The notes beneath the pieces are model-generated. The model searched no databases. It saw nothing but the letters and a program-made list of their open reading frames with translations, and was not told where the DNA came from. Of a stretch of DNA of 49,727 nucleotides, positions 28,620 to 36,967 are shown in pieces. Position numbers and translations under genes: made by a program. Source of the DNA: a virus (taxonomy: Duplodnaviria > Caudoviricetes); IMG/VR virus record IMGVR_UViG_3300007734_000715, positions 1 through 49,727 of that record. The stretch is one strand, 5' to 3'. How positions within the stretch are numbered: position 1 is the first letter of the stretch; each line of letters begins with the position of its first letter.

Positions 28620-28860
28620 TTGTATTTTTTACCTTACTGAGATGTGTGTCGAGATACGCACGGATTGCAGTGAGGCCACTGATGATTGAGCCTAAGAAAA
28701 GTGCGATCACTTCGTACCAATTCTTAGGCCCGTCTTGTGACGCCCACTCTACAAAAGCCGCAGACATTGGAGTCAATGCCGCGATTGAAAAATAAAGGGC
28801 ACCACGAAGATGCCCATTGTTTTGGAAAAAGTTTCCCAGGAATTCAATGACGCTTTTCAT
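28606..28860 (-). CDS. Holin-like 2-TM protein
   Basis: Two hydrophobic helices followed by AIRAYLD. Confidence 0.65.
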   Translation of the reverse strand: MKSVIEFLGNFFQNNGHLRGALYFSIAALTPMSAAFVEWASQDGPKNWYEVIALFLGSIISGLTAIRAYLDTHLSKVKNTNEKQ

Positions 28861-29020
28861 TTCGGATAACGCGCCAAAGGATTATGCCCGACGTGATAGC
28901 TGCGAAGATCGCTGCGAGAGGCGAGGCTATTTCGCCTAGAAGTTTCAGATGATTTATCACGGCGCCCATTATTCCGACTGTGGCGCCTACTGAAGCTTCT
29001 GTGGTGTTTGTTTGATTCAT
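28844..29020 (-). CDS. Small membrane protein (58 aa, holin-like)
   Basis: MNQTNTTEASVGATVGIMG...AAIFAAITSGIILWRVIRNEKRH; translated manually. Confidence 0.6.
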   Translation of the reverse strand: MNQTNTTEASVGATVGIMGAVINHLKLLGEIASPLAAIFAAITSGIILWRVIRNEKRH

Positions 29021-29029
29021 GAAGAAAGT

Positions 29030-29064
29030 AAAAAGGGCTAGATGCCATAGACACCTAGCCCTTT
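29030..29064 (-). terminator. Intrinsic terminator after the tail-fibre operon
   Basis: Minus strand gggctaggtgtc-tat-ggcatctagccc-ttttt. Confidence 0.7.
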
Positions 29065-29067
29065 ATT

Positions 29068-29247
29068 TTACCTCTCCTCTGAAGCAGCGGCGGGCTGGGC
29101 AATACCGGACGCATTTGCAGCGGCCATAATCTTTTCAAAGATCGGCAGCCCAACCTTGGCGTTGGCGATACCGCCAGCTTTGATTGCGATGTCGATCAGT
29201 TGCAGCACGCCATTAGCTTCTTCGGGAGTCAGTTCGAGTTTGATCAT
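29068..29247 (-). CDS. Small tail-fibre-associated protein (59 aa)
   Basis: MIKLELTPEEANGVLQLIDIAIKAGG...; translated manually. Confidence 0.65.
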   Translation of the reverse strand: MIKLELTPEEANGVLQLIDIAIKAGGIANAKVGLPIFEKIMAAANASGIAQPAAASEER

Positions 29248-29267
29248 GTGGGGATGTGTGTTGATGT

Positions 29268-29738
29268 TTAGCCGAGGATGTTAGTAGACATACCATCGAC
29301 GCTCGGCGGAACGTCGCTAGTAGGAAGTTTGAAGGGGTCGACGATTTGCTCGTCACGGAGTTTAGATGCAGTAGGTTCAGGCGGCGGAACCGGCGGCACC
29401 CACGGCAGCGGCAGCACAACCACCGGCGGGTTGATCTGGTTCTCGATCTGCGCGGTGACGTTGGCTTCGATGGCGGCTTGATCGACTCCGTTGGCGAAGC
29501 ACCAGTCCAGCACCTGCTCTGGCTGAAGGTCAGGATAGGGAGTGAACGAACCACTAGGAGGCGCAAAGCTGCACGATCCGTAAGCGGTGCCATAGTAGGT
29601 CTTCGCGTCGTCTCCGGTGCCGACAGTCTCAACGCTGTTGCACCGCCAATCAGCGGTAACAACCACGTTGGTGTAGGAGCCTTCGGTCGGCTTAACGAGA
29701 AGGCGTTCGATGATCCAGACAATGGAGATGGTGGTCAT
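29268..29738 (-). CDS. Tail-fibre-associated/chaperone-like protein
   Basis: W.I..L...NVV....W...YG....FTPY.DL..EQVL.W...PLPW pattern commonly found after S74 fibres. Confidence 0.7.
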   Translation of the reverse strand: MTTISIVWIIERLLVKPTEGSYTNVVVTADWRCNSVETVGTGDDAKTYYGTAYGSCSFAPPSGSFTPYPDLQPEQVLDWCFANGVDQAAIEANVTAQIENQINPPVVVLPLPWVPPVPPPEPTASKLRDEQIVDPFKLPTSDVPPSVDGMSTNILG

Positions 29739-29744
29739 GGGATA

Positions 29745-31397
29745 TTAGGCGAGTTTGGCTTCCAGAGCTTGAACTTTGGCAGCAAGTTCCTTGATGGCAG
29801 ACACAAGTCGAGCTTCAGTCTTGCTCCATCCGGTGACAGTCAGGAATCCGTTCTGCTCGGCAACGGTGTCTGCATAAACTTCCTGAATCTCCTGAGCGAC
29901 GAAACCGATCTGATGACCGGAACCGTCCTTGTAATCGAACTCGACAGGACGCAGCGACAGGATGTTGGCCAACTGAGAAGGAAGGCTGACGATGTTTTCC
30001 TTTAGGCGAGCATCGGAGAATGATCCGAATGCACACGCATTTGCTCCGTTACCATTTATTTGACCAGAGCCAGCAGCGCCATTGTTGTTTGTAAAACGAG
30101 CAAAAACCTGAGAAGTCGTGCTATTGCTATCAAACTTATTGATAACAAACAACTCTTGAGCAGTGTCTCCTGTGACGCTGTTGAGAGAAAGAGCGGAAGT
30201 GACTGATGCAGTTTTAACAGCGGCTCTTGAGGAATTAGGATTGCTCGTCGTCCCCACCAACAAATTACCACTCGCATCCAGCGTCATCGCCTGCGTGAAG
30301 GTGATGTTGTTGCCAGCGGTGCCGGAGGAAGCGTTGTACCAATAATGCGCTGCCTGATACTGCGTGTACTTTGAAGCCTGTGCGGTTCCAATGTAGATTT
30401 CATTGGTTCCGTTGTAATAGACATTCGCTCCGATGTGAAAATCCCTCGAAGCAGAAGACCACCATGCGGTTTGCCTATTTTGAATAGCGGTGTATCCAGC
30501 CGCCCACGCACTCGGCGTAACCCCGATGCCGACGTTGCCGGAGGAGTCGATGCGCATCCGAACCGTATCGGACACAGAGAAACATAGATTGCTAGAAAAC
30601 CTGCTGTTTATCGTCATGTTACCAGCAGAACCGCCGCCGGTAATTGATAGCTCGGAACCGATGTCGCCAAAGTTGGCGGTCGAGTTCTGGAATATGACGT
30701 AAGGACCATTCGCATTAGTGCTGTGGACCATTCCGATTGCAGAAGCGGAGTTCCTCAAATGGAATGGATAAGAAGGTCCAACACCGATTCCCAGTCCGGT
30801 GGAGTTCAGGGTCATTCGGGTGCCGCCTGCGCCGTCGTACCAGTTGAAAACGCCAGTGGTTCCAAATGAAGCTAGTATGTTAGAGTTTCCAACAATCTGC
30901 GTCCCGTAGTTGTTTCCGTTTCCAATGTATGTATTGTTGTTTGAAGCTCCGGCAGCATTAGTGGAACCAGAGTTGTTGAATCCTAAATATGAGTTTTGTA
31001 CTCCATCGGTTGAAACATTGGCGTAGCTGTCAGTTCCAGCGGCTGCCGTGGTCAGGACATTGCCACGAACGGTCAACACTTGAGTCGGACTCGCCGTACC
31101 AATACCCACCCGATTGTTCGCCGAATCCACCTTCAGGGTGCTGGTATCCACCGTCAGATCGCCGGTGATGGTGGCGGCTCCGACAGTAAGAAGATCCGTA
31201 GTCTTGTTATACGTCAGACCAGCGTCGCCGCGCAAAGTACCATTGTCATTAAAAATGATCTGCGTATTTGCACTATTGCCCGTCGTAGACGAGCCGATGT
31301 TAGTCTCCAAAACGGAGACTTGTTGAATGATCCGCTCAATGGCTTTCCTCAGAAGCCATGCGGAATCGCCTTTCGGCAATGTTGAGAGATTAGACAT
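29745..31397 (-). CDS. Tail fibre with C-terminal peptidase S74 autocleaving chaperone
   Basis: Repeated RM.I.SSGNVGIG units; SDARLKENI...LRPV.F...GFVAQE..EV; terminal coiled coil. Confidence 0.85.
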   Translation of the reverse strand: MSNLSTLPKGDSAWLLRKAIERIIQQVSVLETNIGSSTTGNSANTQIIFNDNGTLRGDAGLTYNKTTDLLTVGAATITGDLTVDTSTLKVDSANNRVGIGTASPTQVLTVRGNVLTTAAAGTDSYANVSTDGVQNSYLGFNNSGSTNAAGASNNNTYIGNGNNYGTQIVGNSNILASFGTTGVFNWYDGAGGTRMTLNSTGLGIGVGPSYPFHLRNSASAIGMVHSTNANGPYVIFQNSTANFGDIGSELSITGGGSAGNMTINSRFSSNLCFSVSDTVRMRIDSSGNVGIGVTPSAWAAGYTAIQNRQTAWWSSASRDFHIGANVYYNGTNEIYIGTAQASKYTQYQAAHYWYNASSGTAGNNITFTQAMTLDASGNLLVGTTSNPNSSRAAVKTASVTSALSLNSVTGDTAQELFVINKFDSNSTTSQVFARFTNNNGAAGSGQINGNGANACAFGSFSDARLKENIVSLPSQLANILSLRPVEFDYKDGSGHQIGFVAQEIQEVYADTVAEQNGFLTVTGWSKTEARLVSAIKELAAKVQALEAKLA

Positions 31398-31410
31398 ATC
31401 CTTGAATTTT

Positions 31411-31426
31411 AGCTGTCAGGTTGCCA
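31411..31426 (-). promoter_or_regulatory. Sigma-54-type promoter for the tail-fibre operon (near-leaderless)
   Basis: TGGCAACCTGACAGCT = GG-N10-GC, downstream of a terminator; -12 C is 15 nt from ATG 31397. Confidence 0.65.
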
Positions 31427-31464
31427 ATCATAGATTGGGTTGCTCTTTATTCTCCGTAAAGAAC

Positions 31465-31494
31465 AAAAAGCAACCCACTCTTTCGAGTGGGCTG
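31465..31494 (-). terminator. Terminator after the capsid operon
   Basis: cccactc-GAAA-gagtggg stem followed by a U tract on the minus strand. Confidence 0.75.
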
Positions 31495-31500
31495 GTTGTA

Positions 31501-31992
31501 TTACGGAAGAGCTTGGATGTTGGCGTTATACACGCCAGCGCCAACCGCCTTCAACTGTAGACCATAGGTCGTGCCTTGAGGCGTGGACGGCGTGAAAGTC
31601 ACGGTGCCGTTAGCGGGCACAGTGAACGTAAACACGCGACGCGCCTGATTGGTCGCGGCCGGAATGGTAGTGTTGACAGTAGCCAGCACAGTGTTGGTAT
31701 AGCTCTGCACCACACCAGTGAAGTTCGTGAAGGACATCACGACATTGGTGGTGTACTGAGTAACGCCAGTGTACGCGGCATAGATACGATTGGTGCTGCT
31801 GGCAGAGTCATTATCATAGAGAATGACAGTGTTCGCAGAACCGCTGGTATCAGTAACCTGGAAGTTGCTGATGGACACACCGGAAGTGCTCAGCACAGCG
31901 ATAGAGCTGGTGAACGTACCGGAGACGACTTCAGCGAAGACCAGACTGATCATCGCCACGAACGAAACGAAGTACTTAAAGAACTGCTTCAT
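31501..31992 (-). CDS. Beta-rich protein with N-terminal signal-peptide-like segment, co-transcribed with the capsid gene
   Basis: MKQFFKYFVSFVAMISLVFA|EVV; Thr/Ser/Val-rich. Confidence 0.75.
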   Translation of the reverse strand: MKQFFKYFVSFVAMISLVFAEVVSGTFTSSIAVLSTSGVSISNFQVTDTSGSANTVILYDNDSASSTNRIYAAYTGVTQYTTNVVMSFTNFTGVVQSYTNTVLATVNTTIPAATNQARRVFTFTVPANGTVTFTPSTPQGTTYGLQLKAVGAGVYNANIQALP

Positions 31993-32026
31993 TTTTATTG
32001 ATGTTAGATGTTGCGGTAGCTATCTA

Positions 32027-33325
32027 TCAGACGAAGAGCGACGGGGCGATCTGGCGGCGATAGATGATGGGGATGACGTTACGGTTGGTGTTGCCGATGA
32101 TGCCGAGCACAGTGTCGGCGATCAGCTGCAGGAACTCACCGTACTTGTTGGTGTCGAGGTTATTCGAACCATAGTTAACCAGCACGTTGTCGGTCAGGCG
32201 AACTTCGCCGTTCCAAGTGAGCTGGTTGAAGCGCTTGCCGTTGATCGAAGCGCCAGTGAATTCGCTGGGCGGCGGACCCACGTCGATCTGCTCATAGGCG
32301 TTATAGCCAATGAGGAACGCGACGCCGATCGGAGCGGCCGCATAAGCAGGATTGATGACGGTCTGGCGAGTGGCATTCGGGGTCGAATAGCCACTGTCAG
32401 GCAGCAACAGCTCGATCTCGGGCGCGGGCATCGTTCCATCCTCAGCGAAGCGCAGCGGATAGAACTCTTCGCGGAAGATAATGTTCGGCCCGATAGCGCC
32501 TTGGAAGGAGCTATTCAGGAGGTTCATCGCCAGCGGCTTGGTGTTCAACACGTGGGTGTCGAAAGCCAGACCTTCATAGATCTCAGAACCGCCGAGCAGA
32601 ACGTACTTACCCTTCGACATTTCATTGTCAGCCGGGGCGCCGCTCTGCATGCCTTCCATCGGCGGGATCATCAGGTAGTTCTTCGCGTAGGAAGCAACGG
32701 CCTGAATCTGCCGATAGGAAAGGAAACCGTTGTCGTCGGAACCGATCTTGGCGGCCGTGGCGGCAACCCAAGCGGTGTCCTTGATCGCGCTGGTGTCGGT
32801 CGGCAGAGCAGCCGGGGCGTTCACCAGAGGCAACTCACCAGCGGTGGTGTTGCCAACGATGTACACGAACGGCGAGTTCTGGAACACGTTGTCGCGCGTG
32901 AAGAAGTCGTAGCCGACAGCGATCTGCTTCGAGAGATCCTCAGCGGCAAACTTCAGCTGCTTCGTGCGGAAATCGCGGAACGAAGGCAGGAAGTTGAACT
33001 GCGGAGATTCGAAGTTATGACGCTTGACGCGGCTCTGATTCGTACGCTCCCAAGTGCTCGCCACGGTCTTGAGCGGCAACTCGGTGATGTTCTTCGGGCG
33101 ATGAACCTGATTGACGATCGGGGAGTTCTCCGCGATCACACCCTGCAGGATGTCACCCATGTTCTGTTTCCACTTGATCTTGGGAAACATGTCCTTCCAG
33201 CGCGACCACATCTGCATCTTCTTGGTCTGCTGGATCGCCATCCAGATCGGAAGGCGGTTGTAGTTAGCGATGTCTTGCTGATTCCAAAGTCCGCTTGAAC
33301 GCGGCAAGTCCCATGTAGCTGGCAT
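32027..33325 (-). CDS. Major capsid protein
   Basis: 432 aa after the scaffold, strongest codon bias, own promoter; MGD..Q motif; assigned by synteny. Confidence 0.75.
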   Translation of the reverse strand: MPATWDLPRSSGLWNQQDIANYNRLPIWMAIQQTKKMQMWSRWKDMFPKIKWKQNMGDILQGVIAENSPIVNQVHRPKNITELPLKTVASTWERTNQSRVKRHNFESPQFNFLPSFRDFRTKQLKFAAEDLSKQIAVGYDFFTRDNVFQNSPFVYIVGNTTAGELPLVNAPAALPTDTSAIKDTAWVAATAAKIGSDDNGFLSYRQIQAVASYAKNYLMIPPMEGMQSGAPADNEMSKGKYVLLGGSEIYEGLAFDTHVLNTKPLAMNLLNSSFQGAIGPNIIFREEFYPLRFAEDGTMPAPEIELLLPDSGYSTPNATRQTVINPAYAAAPIGVAFLIGYNAYEQIDVGPPPSEFTGASINGKRFNQLTWNGEVRLTDNVLVNYGSNNLDTNKYGEFLQLIADTVLGIIGNTNRNVIPIIYRRQIAPSLFV

Positions 33326-33481
33326 TGTTATACTTTCGTTTGATGTTTGATCCGTCAGGACAACAAAAAAGCCCTGACATCACAAACGGTTAATGGTTAG
33401 GTCTGTCCTAGCCGTAACCGCTTAGATAGCAGAGCTTCTAGCGGAAGCCTGTTAAAGGCTTCGGTCTGACATTCGATGTTT

Positions 33482-33497
33482 TGCTAACGATATGCCA
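33482..33497 (-). promoter_or_regulatory. Sigma-54-type promoter for the major capsid gene
   Basis: TGGCATATCGTTAGCA, close to the consensus TGGCAC-N5-TTGCW; intergenic. Confidence 0.75.
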
Positions 33498-33517
33498 GAC
33501 TTCTGTGGAAATACTTT

Positions 33518-34657
33518 TTAGTCGTCTCCGAACATTTCCTTATCACCAAGCGGAATGTCATCGCCGCCTGTGGATTTGCCCATTGGGCCAGCGCTTGGCG
33601 GCGGGATCACGCCTGGCTTTTGCTTCTGCTGAGCGATATAGGCTTGGAACGCTTTAGCCATGCGAAGATTGCCGACCATAGCATAGTGAGCGATCTTACG
33701 CGCATCCTCTGCGGTCACGCTATCGGGGATGATCTTCTGCAACAAAGGCGCATAAGACTGCTCTTCGGTCGTGAGCTTCTCAGGATCAATGTCCTTGAAG
33801 ATCTTCTTGAAGCTGCTATTGATAAATTCACGCTCTTCAGCGAGCTTGGTCTTGTAGCGATCGGGGAATGTCTTGAAGCCGTTGAAAGACTTCTCGTAGT
33901 TTGACTGAGCACGACGATAAGCTTCGGTAAGTTCAAGCTCCAGCGCGGGGTCATGTTGTCCGCCACGACCGGGCTGAACAGTCTTGAAAACAGGATTGCC
34001 TTCAGCATCATAACCTTCGAGAAGCTCAAAGGGCTTATTCTGCTTGAGCGCCACGAGAGCATTCTTTAGCGAGCCAACTTCGAAGCGGTCTGTTTCGAGT
34101 TCGGCTTGGATCTGATTGTAACCCGTATCGAGTTTGTAAGCTTCCGGATGCTGAGTGTAATGCTTGGGAATTTCAGCTTGCTTTTTGAAGGCTTCATACC
34201 ACTTCGGCAATTGATCGCGAACGGCATTGTAGGTCTGATTGGGAAGCTTCTTCAGGACGGAGACGACTTCATCGGGCAGGTTGCTGTAGTCTCGGCCTTG
34301 TTGATTTTGCGTCTGCGTAGTCTCAGTCTTTTGCAGCGCTTCAGACTTTTCTTCAGTCTTAGTCTTCGTCGACTTGATTGCCTCAGTGACATCTTTGGGA
34401 AGATCGAATGGATCTGCTTCGTCGGCTGGAGTTTCTTCTTTAGGAGACTCAACGGGCTGCTCAGCGGGCTTCGCCTCCGCTTTAGGCAGAAGCTTGTTGA
34501 CATCAAATGACGTAGAATCTTCGCCATCAAAGTCAAACGAGATGTTTTCGTTCGGCAAAGACGTTGGCGCCGCTGGAGGCAATGGCGCCGAGGAAGGTCC
34601 AGTGTTGATGTTGAACGGCGTCGAGGCCGCCGGTGTTGGGGATGCTGCGGAGTCCAT
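33518..34657 (-). CDS. Capsid scaffolding protein
   Basis: Acidic, Pro-rich disordered N-terminus and helical body; between portal and capsid genes. Confidence 0.7.
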   Translation of the reverse strand: MDSAASPTPAASTPFNINTGPSSAPLPPAAPTSLPNENISFDFDGEDSTSFDVNKLLPKAEAKPAEQPVESPKEETPADEADPFDLPKDVTEAIKSTKTKTEEKSEALQKTETTQTQNQQGRDYSNLPDEVVSVLKKLPNQTYNAVRDQLPKWYEAFKKQAEIPKHYTQHPEAYKLDTGYNQIQAELETDRFEVGSLKNALVALKQNKPFELLEGYDAEGNPVFKTVQPGRGGQHDPALELELTEAYRRAQSNYEKSFNGFKTFPDRYKTKLAEEREFINSSFKKIFKDIDPEKLTTEEQSYAPLLQKIIPDSVTAEDARKIAHYAMVGNLRMAKAFQAYIAQQKQKPGVIPPPSAGPMGKSTGGDDIPLGDKEMFGDD

Positions 34658-34662
34658 AGGAG

Positions 34663-34866
34663 TTATTGTGTGAGTTCTGCGATGTGTTGTTTAATGTCTT
34701 CGAACGTCTTTGCTCGAAGGAGATCTTCTTGCGTGGGCATGGAAGAACAGGCTTTGTGCATTGCTGCTTTAAGCCTTTTGTTTTGTTCTTCCGAAAGCCA
34801 AGCGAGGAAATGTAGAGTCTCCGCGCTATTCGCCCACAGAATCCAGTTAGCCTTGCTGGGTTGCAT
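34663..34866 (-). CDS. Small head-region protein
   Basis: 67 aa after the portal gene, typical synteny. Confidence 0.65.
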   Translation of the reverse strand: MQPSKANWILWANSAETLHFLAWLSEEQNKRLKAAMHKACSSMPTQEDLLRAKTFEDIKQHIAELTQ

Positions 34867-36646
34867 TAGGTTGCTGAGCTAGTCGCTGCTGCACGGCTTG
34901 CTGAAGCTGCTGGAAGGATTGAGCCTCGGCGGCAAACTCAGGCTTCAACTGGCCCGTGGTTTCGTCCGTGACGACGGCCTGAAGAGCTTGACCGAGACCT
35001 TGAATAAGCTGCGTGTCGTTGCCTTGGCTGAGAATCTTCGACCACTGATCATACTTCTCGGGATAACGAAGACGCACGTATTCCTTCATCATCTCTTGGC
35101 CAATGGGCGTACCTTGGAACATCGGCATATCTTGCTGGATGTTTGTAATGCGCTGTTGCTTTTCGACGAAGTCAATGTCGCCAGCGGGCTTTACTTCGTA
35201 CTGCTTGCTTAGGATTACTTCTTTCTCGGCAGGATCAGAGACCTCAATCAAAAACTTGATCGAGCCTTTCTTTGCCTCACTCTGCACAATCGGCCACGTC
35301 ATCGTAAGCACATCGCGCAGGAAGATGCTGAACACCAACGCAGACGTGCCGGTGAGCATACCTTGCTGCTGCTGGGCAGCTTCAATCTCGGTCGCAGTCT
35401 TACGAGAATCTTTGCGGTTATTGACAGCCCACGCGACCTGATTATTCTCCATCGCGTTCTGCTGCGTAATGGCTTCGATCCCTTTGAAGATCATCGGGTC
35501 GGGCCACGGTGCAGTGAAGGCTCGCATCGGAGTCTTCCAGATCGCATTGTTCTTAATCTTATACTGCAACTGCGCGGGCGCCATGCCGTCGAGATTAGCG
35601 CCATCGGGCGACCACATCGTATTCGCGGCTTGAGTACAGCCATTGACTGCGGCAGTCATCAAGGTCGTGGCGGCTTCTTGCTTATGATAATCTTCAACCG
35701 CTCGGCCCTCAGCCTCATCGTGCTTGCGGTTTTCTTTGATCTCAGCGCGCTTGACTGCGATCGGATAATAGGTCAGATGAACGGGCTTATTAACGTAAGT
35801 CGGCTCGGTCGTCATTGCCATCGGGTCGATGTTGACCTCAGGCACAGACTCCTCAATGCCATTGCTAAACGGCAAAGGCTGCTTAAGCCACTGCTTGCTG
35901 TCTTTGTAATACCAGCCGCGATAGACGAAGCCGTTGACTTTGACGAACGTCTCATAGATCACCAAGTCGTCGCCTATGACGTTAACTTCCTCAGACAGCA
36001 ATCGCTTAGTGATGGCGTTGTATGCATCACTGTTCTTATCAAAGTTCTCAAACGAGTCCCAATGATAAAAGCTCACGGCCGTGATGACGTGCTTGATCAA
36101 GACCGCAGGGCTATCTTGCAAAGACTTCAAACGACGATCGTACACGATCTCGTTAAAGGGAATCGTTTCCATCGACACGCCACCGAGCTTGGTGTTGTCG
36201 GCCTTGACCATCATGTAGCCGATGCCATTAAGCTCTGCGCCATCAAGCACTTCAATGTAAGGAATCTCCCAGCCGGGATATTGAAGCACGCGTGTGAACT
36301 CTTGATCGAGATAAGAGTTGTCGCCGGGGACAAACGTCGCCATCCGTGGGGATTGCTTTAGGTAAGAAAGCAACGGAGGCAACGCTTGATTGATGTTTTG
36401 GTTGATAAGACGAACACCAATAAAAGTCTGATTCTCCTGAAGAAGACCCGCCGAACGCATCTGTTCAACGTCAGCTTTATTCGAGCGCAGACGCCGATTG
36501 GTGACCGTGGTCGCCTCTACAGCACCGTGCGACGAAATGTATTGGCTAATTAACCCGTTGGCGGTATTGAGGTCCAACAGGTTCTTTTGCCCAGCTTGCG
36601 CTAAGATAGCGGATGTTTCTTGATTGTTTGCAGGTTCTTCGTTCAT
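34847..36646 (-). CDS. Portal protein (probable start ATG 36646)
   Basis: About 600 aa after terminase; G.G.M.V, TATEI motif, Gln-rich C-terminus. Confidence 0.75.
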   Translation of the reverse strand: MNEEPANNQETSAILAQAGQKNLLDLNTANGLISQYISSHGAVEATTVTNRRLRSNKADVEQMRSAGLLQENQTFIGVRLINQNINQALPPLLSYLKQSPRMATFVPGDNSYLDQEFTRVLQYPGWEIPYIEVLDGAELNGIGYMMVKADNTKLGGVSMETIPFNEIVYDRRLKSLQDSPAVLIKHVITAVSFYHWDSFENFDKNSDAYNAITKRLLSEEVNVIGDDLVIYETFVKVNGFVYRGWYYKDSKQWLKQPLPFSNGIEESVPEVNIDPMAMTTEPTYVNKPVHLTYYPIAVKRAEIKENRKHDEAEGRAVEDYHKQEAATTLMTAAVNGCTQAANTMWSPDGANLDGMAPAQLQYKIKNNAIWKTPMRAFTAPWPDPMIFKGIEAITQQNAMENNQVAWAVNNRKDSRKTATEIEAAQQQQGMLTGTSALVFSIFLRDVLTMTWPIVQSEAKKGSIKFLIEVSDPAEKEVILSKQYEVKPAGDIDFVEKQQRITNIQQDMPMFQGTPIGQEMMKEYVRLRYPEKYDQWSKILSQGNDTQLIQGLGQALQAVVTDETTGQLKPEFAAEAQSFQQLQQAVQQRLAQQPNATQQG

Positions 36647-36650
36647 GAGA

Positions 36651-36965
36651 TTATTCCTCTTCGTCAAACATGGCGTCTTCCTTCAGAGGCACGTCGCCAT
36701 TAGGCGGCATGGTCTTGCGCTTTGAAAGAGCTTTAGGGACGGTAGCATTACTATCGCCGCCTTTGGCTTCATTGTTCGGGCCTTTGCCGTTGGTGTACTC
36801 TTCAGAGTCGGAATCGTTAGGCTCTTCTTGATCCTCACCGATTTCGATCTCAACTTTAGGGCCGCCCATCATGCCGTCTTTCATGAGTTTCTTATGAGCA
36901 TAAGACAACTCTTCAGGGCTAAGGGACGAGAAAAACTCGTCGATATAATCCATTGATCCGTCCAT
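36651..36965 (-). CDS. Acidic hypothetical protein
   Basis: 104 aa between TerL and portal; KVEIEIG motif. Confidence 0.65.
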   Translation of the reverse strand: MDGSMDYIDEFFSSLSPEELSYAHKKLMKDGMMGGPKVEIEIGEDQEEPNDSDSEEYTNGKGPNNEAKGGDSNATVPKALSKRKTMPPNGDVPLKEDAMFDEEE

Positions 36966-36967
36966 AA

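Noticed and set aside
31823-33298. 491-aa + strand ORF (also 35363-36361, 18786-19688 and similar)
   Set aside because: Antisense shadows of codon-biased structural genes, with no motifs
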